Origin: a virus
Lineage: Duplodnaviria; Heunggongvirae; Uroviricota; Caudoviricetes
DNA: 64,000 nucleotides
Virus record (IMG/VR): IMGVR_UViG_3300029288_000054
Location: 1-64,000 of that record
Direction: 5' to 3' (one strand)
A program made the translations under genes and the position numbers. Below the pieces are notes generated by a model. It ran no database searches and was not told the origin of the DNA. It saw nothing but the letters and a program-made list of their open reading frames with translations. Positions 54,566-64,000 of this stretch are shown here, in pieces; the first letter of the stretch is position 1, and each line of letters opens with the position of its first letter.

Positions 54566-55711
54566 TTAGAATTTGTTGAAATGTCGTGAGAGTGGAAAAT
54601 CAACTGGGATGTCAACGCCTGGTGCACCAAGTTTTAAAATGTAATTGTAATTCGCTGGTATACCATATATCACACCGTTCGCAGCCAAAACGCCACCATG
54701 CCATTTATAGCTAGCAGAGAAAGTTCCTAGTGTCAATGCTGTAGCTGCGTCTGTTGTTGGATCGATCTTCAAAATTGTTCCGATATTCCATGGCATACCA
54801 TAAATCATCCCATTTGGTGCAAGTACGCCGCCGGCCCATTTAGCTGAACCTGCAAAATTGCCGAATGTTGTGGCTGTGTCTGTCGTTGGGTCAATCTTTA
54901 ACACAGCCGTGTTTTCTTGCGGTATGCCATAAATCATGCCATTTGGAGCTAAGACACCGCCAGTCCATTTATAATTTCCAGATAAACTACCAAACGTTGT
55001 AACTGTATCTGTGGTTGGATCGATTTTCAATACTGTTGTGGCATTGAACGGTATTCCATAGATGCATCCATTCGGAGCCAACACACCGCCGTTCCACTTG
55101 AAATATGTAGCACCTAGATCGCCAAAAGTCGTAATGGCATCTGTGGTTGGATCAATCTTGAGCACGGTAGCACCAGTATCCGGCATTCCATAAATCATGC
55201 CGTTTGGAGCTAAGACGCCACTTAGCCATTTTGCAGCGCCCTGTAGATTCCCGAATGTTGTGACTGTATCTGTTGCGGTATCGATTTTCAATACAACAGT
55301 GCTGTCACATGGAATACCATAAATTACGCCATTTGACGCCATAACTCCGCCATACCATTTAGCAGTATCAGATCCTAAATTGCCGAATGTGATCGCACTA
55401 TCGGTAGATGGATCTATCCTTAGTATTGTTGCGCTGCTGTACGGTATCCCATAAATCAAACCACTCGGTGCTAAGATGCCACCCATCCATTTATCTGCAT
55501 CAGTCAACAGACTACTATTTGTAAATATGGTGGCGACTTGCTGCGAGCATGCTGCATTAATCGATGCTCGCATAGAGAAAGCTTGCCGCGTTTGTGCCCA
55601 AGAAAGACTGTTTATCGTCCACAGCGGAAAATTGCCATGATTAACAATATCATTGCTAGGCAATGTTTGTATTTTGTTGTCTGACGATATTAATGGTTTC
55701 TGGTATGCCAT
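54566..55711 (-). CDS. beta-propeller repeat protein, paralog 4
   Basis: same repeat; first 27 aa identical to paralog 5. Confidence 0.85.
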   Translation of the reverse strand: MAYQKPLISSDNKIQTLPSNDIVNHGNFPLWTINSLSWAQTRQAFSMRASINAACSQQVATIFTNSSLLTDADKWMGGILAPSGLIYGIPYSSATILRIDPSTDSAITFGNLGSDTAKWYGGVMASNGVIYGIPCDSTVVLKIDTATDTVTTFGNLQGAAKWLSGVLAPNGMIYGMPDTGATVLKIDPTTDAITTFGDLGATYFKWNGGVLAPNGCIYGIPFNATTVLKIDPTTDTVTTFGSLSGNYKWTGGVLAPNGMIYGIPQENTAVLKIDPTTDTATTFGNFAGSAKWAGGVLAPNGMIYGMPWNIGTILKIDPTTDAATALTLGTFSASYKWHGGVLAANGVIYGIPANYNYILKLGAPGVDIPVDFPLSRHFNKF

Positions 55712-55714
55712 GTC

Positions 55715-56830
55715 TTAGAATTTGTTGAAGTATCTAGACAAGCAGAAATCGATCGGAACGTCGTCCAAAGCGGTGCCTATTTTCAAGATCGAAGTTGCAC
55801 CATTCGGTATCCCATAAATTATGCCGCTTGGAGTGACAACACAGCCAGCCGAGCTTCCACCAATAGACACAGTTCCGAATGTAGTTGCTGTATCTGTAGT
55901 TGGATCAATTTTTAAAATTGCTGTACTATTATGTGCTATTCCGTAAATCATGCCGTCTGGAGATAAAGCCCCACCAACCCATTTTCCTGTCCCAGTCAAG
56001 CTACCAAACGTAGTAACAGTATCAGTCGAAGGGTCAATTTTTATTCCTGTTGTTGCATTATACGGAATGCCATAGATGCAGCCATTCAGAGCTAAGACGC
56101 CACCATTCCATTTATATGTCGTTGCACCGAGGCTTCCAAACGTCGTGACAGTATCGGTGGTTGGATCGATTTTGAGAACGGACGGGCTTGTGCTAGGCAT
56201 CCCATAAATCATACCGTTTGGAGCCAAGACGCCGCCCCACGATATATATGTATATGCTGTTAAACTACCAAATGTTGTGAGCGTATCGGTATTTGTGTCG
56301 ATTTTCAAAATAGGTCCTGCTGCAGCCGGGATACAATAAATGCAGCCATTTGGAGCCACTACGCCACCTAAATATGCAATTGCAGTACCAAATGTTGTAT
56401 ATGTGTCTGTCGCAGGATCGATTTTAAGTACTGTTGTTGATCCTCCTGGGATACCATAAATATAACCATTCGGAGCTAAGACGCCACCAAACCATTTATT
56501 GCCGCTTGCGAAAGATCCGAATGTTGTAGATGTGTCGGTGGCTGGGTCTATTTTTAATATCTCGATCCCTGACTCTGGTATGCCATAGATGTATCCATTT
56601 GGAGCAAGTACCCCACCACGACAATGCGATGCTGCTGTAGCAAATGAAGATAAAGATTGATTAAAAGCAGCACGATTTAAACCAACTCTAGTACAGATAG
56701 CTTTTTGTATTTGCTGCCACGTCATCTTGTTGCTATCCCAAGCCGGAAAATCACCATGGCTTAGCATATCACCACTGGCTAGTGATCCGATTGAGCTCGA
56801 TTTCTCCACCAACGGCTTTTGATATGGCAT
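55715..56830 (-). CDS. beta-propeller repeat protein, paralog 3
   Basis: start at MPYQKPLV by homology to the MAYQKPLI paralogs. Confidence 0.85.
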   Translation of the reverse strand: MPYQKPLVEKSSSIGSLASGDMLSHGDFPAWDSNKMTWQQIQKAICTRVGLNRAAFNQSLSSFATAASHCRGGVLAPNGYIYGIPESGIEILKIDPATDTSTTFGSFASGNKWFGGVLAPNGYIYGIPGGSTTVLKIDPATDTYTTFGTAIAYLGGVVAPNGCIYCIPAAAGPILKIDTNTDTLTTFGSLTAYTYISWGGVLAPNGMIYGMPSTSPSVLKIDPTTDTVTTFGSLGATTYKWNGGVLALNGCIYGIPYNATTGIKIDPSTDTVTTFGSLTGTGKWVGGALSPDGMIYGIAHNSTAILKIDPTTDTATTFGTVSIGGSSAGCVVTPSGIIYGIPNGATSILKIGTALDDVPIDFCLSRYFNKF

Positions 56831-56832
56831 AA

Positions 56833-58431
56833 TTACACATAAATCGAGTATGTTATTTGAAGTTGGTCTGTTACTTCCAAGACTATACCAGTGCCAGTGA
56901 ATACGGCTGTAGCCCAGAGAATGTTGCTTGCTGATTTGTCTGCCTTTGTTTGTGCTGTAGGTCCGGCAGCCACAAATAGTCCGTTGATTGTACAATCAGC
57001 GGTGATAGTATAAAGAGACTTGACAACGTTCGTAATTGTTTGCGCCAATGCAGCATTTTTATTCCACATCGGCCTCGTATAAGTACTATTACTGGTGGTG
57101 TCAATATATGATGTGCACTCTAACCAATTATTACCTTGCAACGCCGTCAATTCGGCTTGCGGATACCATGTTAGCTCATTTGTGGCCGATGTGATATTGA
57201 TATATTCGAAATTAATCAAATCGGCCGTCTTAACGGCGGACGACACGCGTACCTCGTCCATCGACCCGGTGAAGAAAAGACTCGTCGTATAACCGCCAAT
57301 CGCATTACCAGTTCCGGTTGAATGCGTTATCGGATAGTTGCCAGCATAGTTAATTGTTGAATACCACTGACCATTGACGTATAACATCGCATCGCCGGTG
57401 GCACTATTATATGTCATTACCAGCCACGTCCAAGTTGATAGGCTGATCGGATATTGAAAATCAAATGCCCTCCAACCGGCGTTGAGATAAATATAACCTC
57501 CAATTTTGCTATCAGTATTGCGACCAACTTCTAGGACATAACCATTATCGAAACCGACTAAATTCGCGTCTGTATTGTAGGTCGGATTGACCCATGCTTC
57601 TACTGTAACATCTGCCACGGTCAGTGATGCGTTGTTTGGGATCGTGATACTTTTATTACTGTCGAAATATTCACCATATCCTAATACGCCAGTATTTCTT
57701 TCTGGTTGTCTGGTGGTGCTTGTGCTATTATTCGCGTTAATGGTGGAGTCATGATAGTCGCCAGCTACACCAGTCCCTATTTCATCGAGATGCCATGCCC
57801 CTTTATAATCTGTGCTCCAGGTACTAGCTGCCGCTTCTCCATCTGGTGCATTTGGATTACCGTAGTAAATGTAAAAGTCCGTTGGCTCTGTGTGGCTGAT
57901 GAGCGGGATCTGTACCCAAAAGACAGCAGTGACGGCTGAGCCATTCCCACCAGACCAATATTCACGTTCGTAATTCAACAAAGTAACGCCGTCAACTGCA
58001 CTGAATCTGATGTCGTACCCAGTAGCCAGCGCCGTTGTCATATCAACATCAGCGTTTATTTTGACACAGAGTGGAAAATTGACCAGATCATCAGCGCCGA
58101 CGTTTGTGTTGTCGATGGTGATTCGTTTGCGGTATTTCCAGTAATATCTCCAAACTGGTAGGCCAGAAAACGAGCTGGAATATAAATTCAACGCTTGGTA
58201 TGTGTCGATATCTGAGAGTGTGGAATAGCCGACACTATCGATCAGGCCAACAAACCATTTGGAATATTGTGCTCCATCATGAAAATTGGCATCGAGGATA
58301 CTGTCTTTACCAGCATTTAGAACGCCGTTTGGGATTCGGTAGGAATTAATTACCTTCCCGTGGCGTAAATGCTCGACGAAGAATTCACCTCTCGGCCTAA
58401 CGGAATTTTCAGCACTCGACTGTGTTTTCAT
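56833..58431 (-). CDS. virion protein with DUF2341-like and LamG/concanavalin-like domains
   Basis: WKYRKRITIDNT...GYDIRF...FWVQIP...YIYYGN; VEAWVNP...LYVNG...FTGSMDEVRVS. Confidence 0.8.
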   Translation of the reverse strand: MKTQSSAENSVRPRGEFFVEHLRHGKVINSYRIPNGVLNAGKDSILDANFHDGAQYSKWFVGLIDSVGYSTLSDIDTYQALNLYSSSFSGLPVWRYYWKYRKRITIDNTNVGADDLVNFPLCVKINADVDMTTALATGYDIRFSAVDGVTLLNYEREYWSGGNGSAVTAVFWVQIPLISHTEPTDFYIYYGNPNAPDGEAAASTWSTDYKGAWHLDEIGTGVAGDYHDSTINANNSTSTTRQPERNTGVLGYGEYFDSNKSITIPNNASLTVADVTVEAWVNPTYNTDANLVGFDNGYVLEVGRNTDSKIGGYIYLNAGWRAFDFQYPISLSTWTWLVMTYNSATGDAMLYVNGQWYSTINYAGNYPITHSTGTGNAIGGYTTSLFFTGSMDEVRVSSAVKTADLINFEYINITSATNELTWYPQAELTALQGNNWLECTSYIDTTSNSTYTRPMWNKNAALAQTITNVVKSLYTITADCTINGLFVAAGPTAQTKADKSASNILWATAVFTGTGIVLEVTDQLQITYSIYV

Positions 58432-58447
58432 AATATAAATTTGTCAT

Positions 58448-59872
58448 TTAGAGCTTGTTGTAATGCCTTGACAGGCAGAAATCAACCGGCACGTCATCCA
58501 GTGCGTAACCAATTTTCACGATCGTTGTGGCGGTGAATGGTATTCCATAGAGAATACCGCTCGGAGCCAAGATTACGCCAGCCCATTTTGTGGCACCAGA
58601 ACCAAGAGCTCCGAAAGTTGCAGCTGTATCGTTTGTTGGGTCGATTCTCAGTACTGTGGCTATACCTGTGCTATGTGGTGGAGCATAAATCATACCGTTC
58701 GGAGCCAATGCCCCAGCCATCCATTTATATGTTGTAGCACCAAGAGCACCGAAATAAGTGGCTGTATCTGTTGTTGTATCGATCTTCAAGAATGTTGCGG
58801 CGCTACACGGTATTCCGTAAATCATTCCATTTGGTGCTAGAACTCCATTATTCCATTTTGCTGCACTAGCACCAAGACTACCAAATGTCGTAGCCGTATC
58901 TGTATCTGGATCGATCTTTAGGACTGTTGCACTTGTATAAGGTGTACCATAAATGCATCCATTTGGAGCGAGACAACCGCCGACCCATTTTAATCCGGCA
59001 CCGAGACTACCAAATGTTGTAGCTGTGTCTGTAGTCGGATCGATCTTCAAGACTGTTGTGCTGTTGCACGGAATGCCATAAATCATACCATTCGCAGCCA
59101 AAACCGCACCCGCCCAATCGCTAGCACCAGCGCCGATCCCATCGGCAAATGTCGTTGATGTGTCCGTGGCCGGATCGATCTTCAAAATTGCGGTGCTGTC
59201 AGTAAAAGGGACGGCATAGATGTAACCGTTAGGAGCGAGCACACCACCATACCATTTTGCATTACCGGCATAGGTATCAAACGTCGTTGCCGTATCTGTG
59301 GTTGGATCGATCTTTAAGATCGAGTTTGATGCGTACGGAATACCATAAATGTAACCATTCGTTGCTAGTACACCTCCAAACCATTTATTTCCACCTGCTA
59401 ATGACCCAAATACTGTGGCAACTTGATTAAAGCATGCCGCATTTGCTTCAGCTCTAATATTGATAGCTTGTCGTGTTTGAGTCCAAGCTAGGCTATTAGT
59501 ATCCCATAGTGGAAAGTCGCCGTGGTTTACAACATCAACGTCAGTCAATTTTTGTATTGTACCGGACTTCACAACCATTGGCTTTTCATATTCTGGTGCA
59601 GCCGCATCTACGAGAGGGCTGGCGATTTGACCTAACACTAACGTATTCGATCCATCTAAGTCGTAATATGGCTCTGCTGTCAATATTTCAATGACTTGTC
59701 TGGTAGCTCGTGTCGTCCCATAAAGATATGGCGGTAAAGCATTGCCACCGCTTATCAGAACTTCTGTGATTTGTCTCGTGGCTCGCGTCGTCCCATACGT
59801 AAACGATGGCAAAACGTTGCCAGAGACCAAAACTTCCATTATTTGACGTGTGACTCGTGCTGTGCCAGCCAT
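58448..59872 (-). CDS. beta-propeller repeat protein, paralog 2, with three N-terminal RxTRQxxEVL repeats
   Basis: same propeller repeat; N-terminal extension. Confidence 0.85.
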   Translation of the reverse strand: MAGTARVTRQIMEVLVSGNVLPSFTYGTTRATRQITEVLISGGNALPPYLYGTTRATRQVIEILTAEPYYDLDGSNTLVLGQIASPLVDAAAPEYEKPMVVKSGTIQKLTDVDVVNHGDFPLWDTNSLAWTQTRQAINIRAEANAACFNQVATVFGSLAGGNKWFGGVLATNGYIYGIPYASNSILKIDPTTDTATTFDTYAGNAKWYGGVLAPNGYIYAVPFTDSTAILKIDPATDTSTTFADGIGAGASDWAGAVLAANGMIYGIPCNSTTVLKIDPTTDTATTFGSLGAGLKWVGGCLAPNGCIYGTPYTSATVLKIDPDTDTATTFGSLGASAAKWNNGVLAPNGMIYGIPCSAATFLKIDTTTDTATYFGALGATTYKWMAGALAPNGMIYAPPHSTGIATVLRIDPTNDTAATFGALGSGATKWAGVILAPSGILYGIPFTATTIVKIGYALDDVPVDFCLSRHYNKL

Positions 59873-59874
59873 GA

Positions 59875-61296
59875 TTAAAACCTATTGAAATGCCGAGATA
59901 AACAGAAATCTAAAGGAACGTCATCGAGATCGCTACCAAGCTTCAATATTGTTGTGGCTCCAAAAGGGATACCATATATAATGCCGCTTGGTGCTAATAT
60001 CATACCGGTAAATTTGTAATCTTCAGCGGCAAGCGCTCCGAAAGTGGTAACAATATCAGTCGTTGGATCGATCTTCAATACCTGCAATATTGAAGAGTAG
60101 TATGGAGCGCAGTAGATCATTCCGTTTGGCGCTAGAGCACCAGTCCTCCATTTATATGTTGTTGTACCGAGACTGCCAAATGTCGTTGCCGTGTCTGTCG
60201 AAGGATCGACTTTTAGAACCGTCGCACTTGAATATGGAACTCCGTAGATACAGCCACTTGTGGCCGACATACCACCAAACCATTTGAATGTCCCAGTTAA
60301 TGATCCGAAAGTCGTTGCCGTGTCTGTCGAAGGATCGACTTTTAGAACCGTTGTGCTTGAATATGGAATTCCGTAGATGCAACCGTTTGGAGCGAGACAA
60401 CAACCCACCCATTTTGAACCAGCACCAAGACTACCAAAGGTTGTGGCCGTGTTGGTTGTTGGGTCGATCTTTAAAATAGACGTGTTGTTACATGGGACAC
60501 CATAAATCATGCCGTTGGCCGCTAGTACCGCACCGGACCAGTCGCTAGCACCGGTACCGATCCCATCAGCAAATGTTGTTGACGTATCGGTGGACGGATC
60601 GATCCTTAGAATAGCAGTGCTAGTAAATGGCACTGCATATATGTAACCATTAGGAGCTAGTACACCGCCACGCCATTTCGCACTACCAGCATAGTCGTCG
60701 AAGGTAGTCGCTGTATCTGTGGTCGGATCGATTTTCAATATTGAAGTACTGGTATATGGTATGCCATAAATCATACCGTTTGGTGCTATTACACCGCCCG
60801 CCCATTTATTGCCACCAGTGCTAAAACTTCCGAATGTTGTTGCGATTTGATTAAAGCAAGCTGCATTTGCTTCCGCTCTGACATCGATTGCCTGCCGTGT
60901 CTGTGTCCAGGCTAGGCTATCCGTCGACCAAAGCGGGAAGTCGCCGTGATTTACAACGTCTGTATTAGGTAGTGTTTGTATTCTGCCAGATCCAGATACA
61001 AGTGGTGCTTGATATTCTGCTGTAGTAGCGACCGACAATGGGCCAGCCAATTGACTAAGCACTATCGTGCTTGATCCATTGAGGTCATAATATGGGTCTG
61101 CGGTCAGGACTTCTATTATCTGTCTGCAAGCTGATGATGAGCCATAAGTATATGGAGGCAACGCATTGCCGCCGCTGACTAGAATTTCAACGATCTGTCT
61201 GGTCGTTCTCGATGTTCCGTAAGTATATGGCGGTAGTATATTGCCAGTCACCAAAACTTCAATTATTTGTCTCGTAGCACGTGCTGTTCCAGCCAT
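59875..61296 (-). CDS. beta-propeller repeat protein, paralog 1, with N-terminal RxTRQxxEVL repeats
   Basis: start MAGTARATRQ at 61296 by homology and TAATG coupling. Confidence 0.85.
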   Translation of the reverse strand: MAGTARATRQIIEVLVTGNILPPYTYGTSRTTRQIVEILVSGGNALPPYTYGSSSACRQIIEVLTADPYYDLNGSSTIVLSQLAGPLSVATTAEYQAPLVSGSGRIQTLPNTDVVNHGDFPLWSTDSLAWTQTRQAIDVRAEANAACFNQIATTFGSFSTGGNKWAGGVIAPNGMIYGIPYTSTSILKIDPTTDTATTFDDYAGSAKWRGGVLAPNGYIYAVPFTSTAILRIDPSTDTSTTFADGIGTGASDWSGAVLAANGMIYGVPCNNTSILKIDPTTNTATTFGSLGAGSKWVGCCLAPNGCIYGIPYSSTTVLKVDPSTDTATTFGSLTGTFKWFGGMSATSGCIYGVPYSSATVLKVDPSTDTATTFGSLGTTTYKWRTGALAPNGMIYCAPYYSSILQVLKIDPTTDIVTTFGALAAEDYKFTGMILAPSGIIYGIPFGATTILKLGSDLDDVPLDFCLSRHFNRF

Positions 61297-62312
61297 TACA
61301 TCACCCTCACTCCAATCAATGCCGATCCTAAACCAGCTATCGTCCAAGGTTGTCCGGTGTTTGGATCTATCGTACTGATATGTCGCACGTCGCCATAAGA
61401 CGAGCTACTTAGTACTGTATCAGGCCCTAATTCAGTGACGCCGTTTGATACGATAGGTGCTTCGAACACAATCGATACGCCTGCAGACAAAGCAACAGTA
61501 GAATTAACCTGTAATCCTAAAATAGTACCAGAACCAACTAGTGTTGGATATTCATATAGATCTGTGTTTGCTTGTGTGCTAGTTGAGACGTAATCTGTAG
61601 CAGCATTTGGCGGGTTTTCATCCACAAGATTATAGTGTGTTGAGCCGGTACTGGGTGCCCATTGTACTGTCGCCGTATCGGCCTTAGGAAAAATCCCGAC
61701 GACATTGCAGACACCTTGAAAGTTATTCAAGCTGGTGCCGGTACCATCACATATATAATAATCATCAATATAACCATATTCAAGATAGATTCTAACTCGA
61801 TCACAAAAAGCGTCAGCACCATTCTTCGTATCTATGCCGGATATCGACACGACTGTTGCGCCATTAATGCGTACTTCTACAGCTCCGCTTGTGTCGTGAC
61901 AGAACGACTTGACTTCAACATAATACCACGTATTGGTTAATAAAGTTGACGCTAATGTTGTTGTACTTAATGTAGTAGAACCGCGTTTAAGGACGACGGT
62001 TGATGGTACTGTTGGGTTAAATGTTACGTTTATACCTGCAGTCGCATTATCGACAAACGAAATAGCTCCAAAAGCATTTGTCTGTAGAAAGTAAAACGCA
62101 CAGCCAACAATGAGTGTTGGATCAATTGTCAAGGCTGGCGTAATAAAGCTCCAATTTATGTAGGCCGAATTCCAGCAATAACCAGAGACTCGGCCAGCAG
62201 CAATATATAAGTTACTAGCGGAAGAATCGGGATATCTATATTGTAATGACGCATTTGCAACACTGCCACTTGTCCCGTATCCTTCGAATCCATCTATCCA
62301 GATCAATGCCAT
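61296..62312 (-). CDS. phage structural protein, MALxWIDGFE family, paralog C
   Basis: MALIWIDGFE; WYYVEVK...VEVRING...DDYYICD; DPNTGQPWT. Confidence 0.75.
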   Translation of the reverse strand: MALIWIDGFEGYGTSGSVANASLQYRYPDSSASNLYIAAGRVSGYCWNSAYINWSFITPALTIDPTLIVGCAFYFLQTNAFGAISFVDNATAGINVTFNPTVPSTVVLKRGSTTLSTTTLASTLLTNTWYYVEVKSFCHDTSGAVEVRINGATVVSISGIDTKNGADAFCDRVRIYLEYGYIDDYYICDGTGTSLNNFQGVCNVVGIFPKADTATVQWAPSTGSTHYNLVDENPPNAATDYVSTSTQANTDLYEYPTLVGSGTILGLQVNSTVALSAGVSIVFEAPIVSNGVTELGPDTVLSSSSYGDVRHISTIDPNTGQPWTIAGLGSALIGVRVM

Positions 62313-62322
62313 TTTAACCTCA

Positions 62323-63339
62323 CTACATAACTTTTAGACCGATTTGTGCTTCTGCAAGATTTGCTGCTGTCCAACCTGCTCCTGTATTCGGGTCTGTTTC
62401 ACTTATTCGGCGTATTTCTCCAAAAGTAGTACTTGTTAATGTCGTATCGACACCAAGGTCTATTACGCTATTTGATGAAATTGGTGCTTCGATAATTATT
62501 CCTATTCCAGATGCAAGTTTGCAGATGGTCGAAATTTGAATCCCGATTATAGTGTTCGCTATGCTCAGCATCTGATAATTATATAAGTCTATCTGTGCTT
62601 GTGTGCCGCTAGAGACGTAATCTGTCGTACTGTATGGATTTTCGTCGACTAGATTATAGTGCGTTAAACCAGTGCTTGGAGTCCATTGGACGGTTGCGGT
62701 GTCAGCTTTTGGTAATAATGGAAGTATCTTACAGACGCCCTGAAAATCGTTTGTAGTTGTACCAGAACTGTCGCAGATGTAAAAATCATCGTACCAGCAC
62801 CAATTAGATGATGAGAGTCTGACCTTATTATGGCACAGGTTTGTTCCAGCTTGTGTATTGATATCTGTAAGTGATATAATTGAAGTACCATTTATTCTTA
62901 TTTCCACAGTCCCAGCAGTAGGATGACAGAACACCTTAAGCTCGAAGTAGTACCAAGCGCCAGTCTGTAATGCTGGAACGATGTTAGTAGTATTAATGAC
63001 TGTACCACCTAGCTTCACTACTATAGTCGATGTAGGAGCAGTCGCACTAATAACTATATTCAAGCCGATGACTGCAGTATCTAGAAACGTTAGCGTTGCT
63101 GTGGTAGTGGTACCTTCGAAGTATAATGCTATGCCCGTAATCAGTGTTTGGTCGCCTGTTAATACGGGCGTCGTAAATGAGTTGGTATAGGATTGCATAC
63201 TGTAGCCAGTTGATCGACCGGCTTTTAAATAGCAATTGCTAGTACTAGAGCCAGGATATCTGAAAGTTAAACTAGAAGACGGCGTACCACCTACTGTCAC
63301 GCCATAACTCTCAAATCCGTCTATCCAAAGCAGTGCCAT
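62323..63339 (-). CDS. phage structural protein, MALxWIDGFE family, paralog B
   Basis: same motifs, same length (338 aa). Confidence 0.75.
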   Translation of the reverse strand: MALLWIDGFESYGVTVGGTPSSSLTFRYPGSSTSNCYLKAGRSTGYSMQSYTNSFTTPVLTGDQTLITGIALYFEGTTTTATLTFLDTAVIGLNIVISATAPTSTIVVKLGGTVINTTNIVPALQTGAWYYFELKVFCHPTAGTVEIRINGTSIISLTDINTQAGTNLCHNKVRLSSSNWCWYDDFYICDSSGTTTNDFQGVCKILPLLPKADTATVQWTPSTGLTHYNLVDENPYSTTDYVSSGTQAQIDLYNYQMLSIANTIIGIQISTICKLASGIGIIIEAPISSNSVIDLGVDTTLTSTTFGEIRRISETDPNTGAGWTAANLAEAQIGLKVM

Positions 63340-64000
63340 TTACATCACCCTCACGCCTATCTGTGCTGCGTTCAATCCAGCCGCCGTCCATGGTTGATTT
63401 GTGTTCGGATCGAATTCACTTATATGTTGATATTCATAATAGCTGCTACTGGTTAGAGTGTAATCGGGGCCGAGATCAGTCGCCCCATTTGATACAATAG
63501 GCGACTCAAGAATAATAGAATCACCGGCAGATAACGATGCCTCTGTGTTAAGCTGAATACCAAGAATTTCACCATTACCATCGTAATTAATCAAGCTTGG
63601 GTAAGTAAAAAGATCTGTATCAGTTTGTGTACTGCTAGAAATATAAGTAGTATTGCCATCTGCTGGATTTTCATCTACTCTGTTATAATGAGTGGTGCCT
63701 GAATTTGGTGTCCAATCTACAATCTCAGTGTCTGCACTTGGAAATAAACCTATTATTCTGCATATACCTTGAAACCCATTTACTCCAGAGCCAGTGGCAT
63801 CACAGATATAGAAGTCATCTAAAAATTGTTTCAGATATAATGATATTCTGACCTTATCGTGATATGTATTTGCACCAGCTTGAGTATTAATACCGGCTAG
63901 CAGTATAATTGTTTTACCATCTATCCGTACCTCTACTGTACCGCTTGTTGGATGACAAAACACTTTCATTTCCAAATAGTACCAAGTATCAAGCAGCAAC
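63340..64000 (-). CDS. phage structural protein, same family, paralog A (5-prime end outside the window)
   Basis: WYYLEMKVFCHPTSGTVEVRIDG...DPNTNQPWT. Confidence 0.75.
   Translation of the reverse strand, partial: LLLDTWYYLEMKVFCHPTSGTVEVRIDGKTIILLAGINTQAGANTYHDKVRISLYLKQFLDDFYICDATGSGVNGFQGICRIIGLFPSADTEIVDWTPNSGTTHYNRVDENPADGNTTYISSSTQTDTDLFTYPSLINYDGNGEILGIQLNTEASLSAGDSIILESPIVSNGATDLGPDYTLTSSSYYEYQHISEFDPNTNQPWTAAGLNAAQIGVRVM

Noticed and set aside
53423-61296. Diversity-generating retroelement acting on the propeller genes
   Set aside because: No reverse transcriptase and no TR/VR pair with adenine-specific differences seen in this window
1-64000. Stop-codon reassignment as in some large phages
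   Set aside because: Recognisable genes are full length and densely packed under the standard code, with TAA, TAG and TGA all used as stops

Overview
This window looks like 64 kb of a large (jumbo-like) tailed-phage genome in the standard genetic code. It is gene-dense with many short ORFans, carries nucleotide-metabolism genes (thyX, dut, tmk, adenosine deaminase, two Nudix), a LemA/TPM membrane operon and large virion proteins, and ends in tandem paralogous beta-propeller and MAL-x-WIDGFE structural genes. A planctomycete-style prepilin N-terminus hints at a PVC-superphylum host (inference). The standout is 8224-10548. A lone RAMP/Cas7-like gene is followed by a ~1.06 kb non-coding array of nine units, and then by a small wHTH-like gene. 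Each unit is a tract of 13-22 GGY-NN pentamers (142 in total) closed by a conserved ~31-nt hairpin repeat (GGGTGCCAATGGCACATTTACAAATCAAGAG). This is not a canonical CRISPR array. It looks like a minimal RNA-guided system whose information sits in the variable NN dinucleotides, VIPR-like as far as I recall that architecture. Other notable items are an SF2 helicase with eight ~60-aa repeats, a wHTH plus GHKL-ATPase cassette, a giant sigma-70-like protein with a DnaJ-type Zn finger, a shared MKLxxLxE N-terminal motif suggesting capsid-packaged proteins, and a recurring promoter consensus. All protein calls come from motif recognition by eye; no searches were run.
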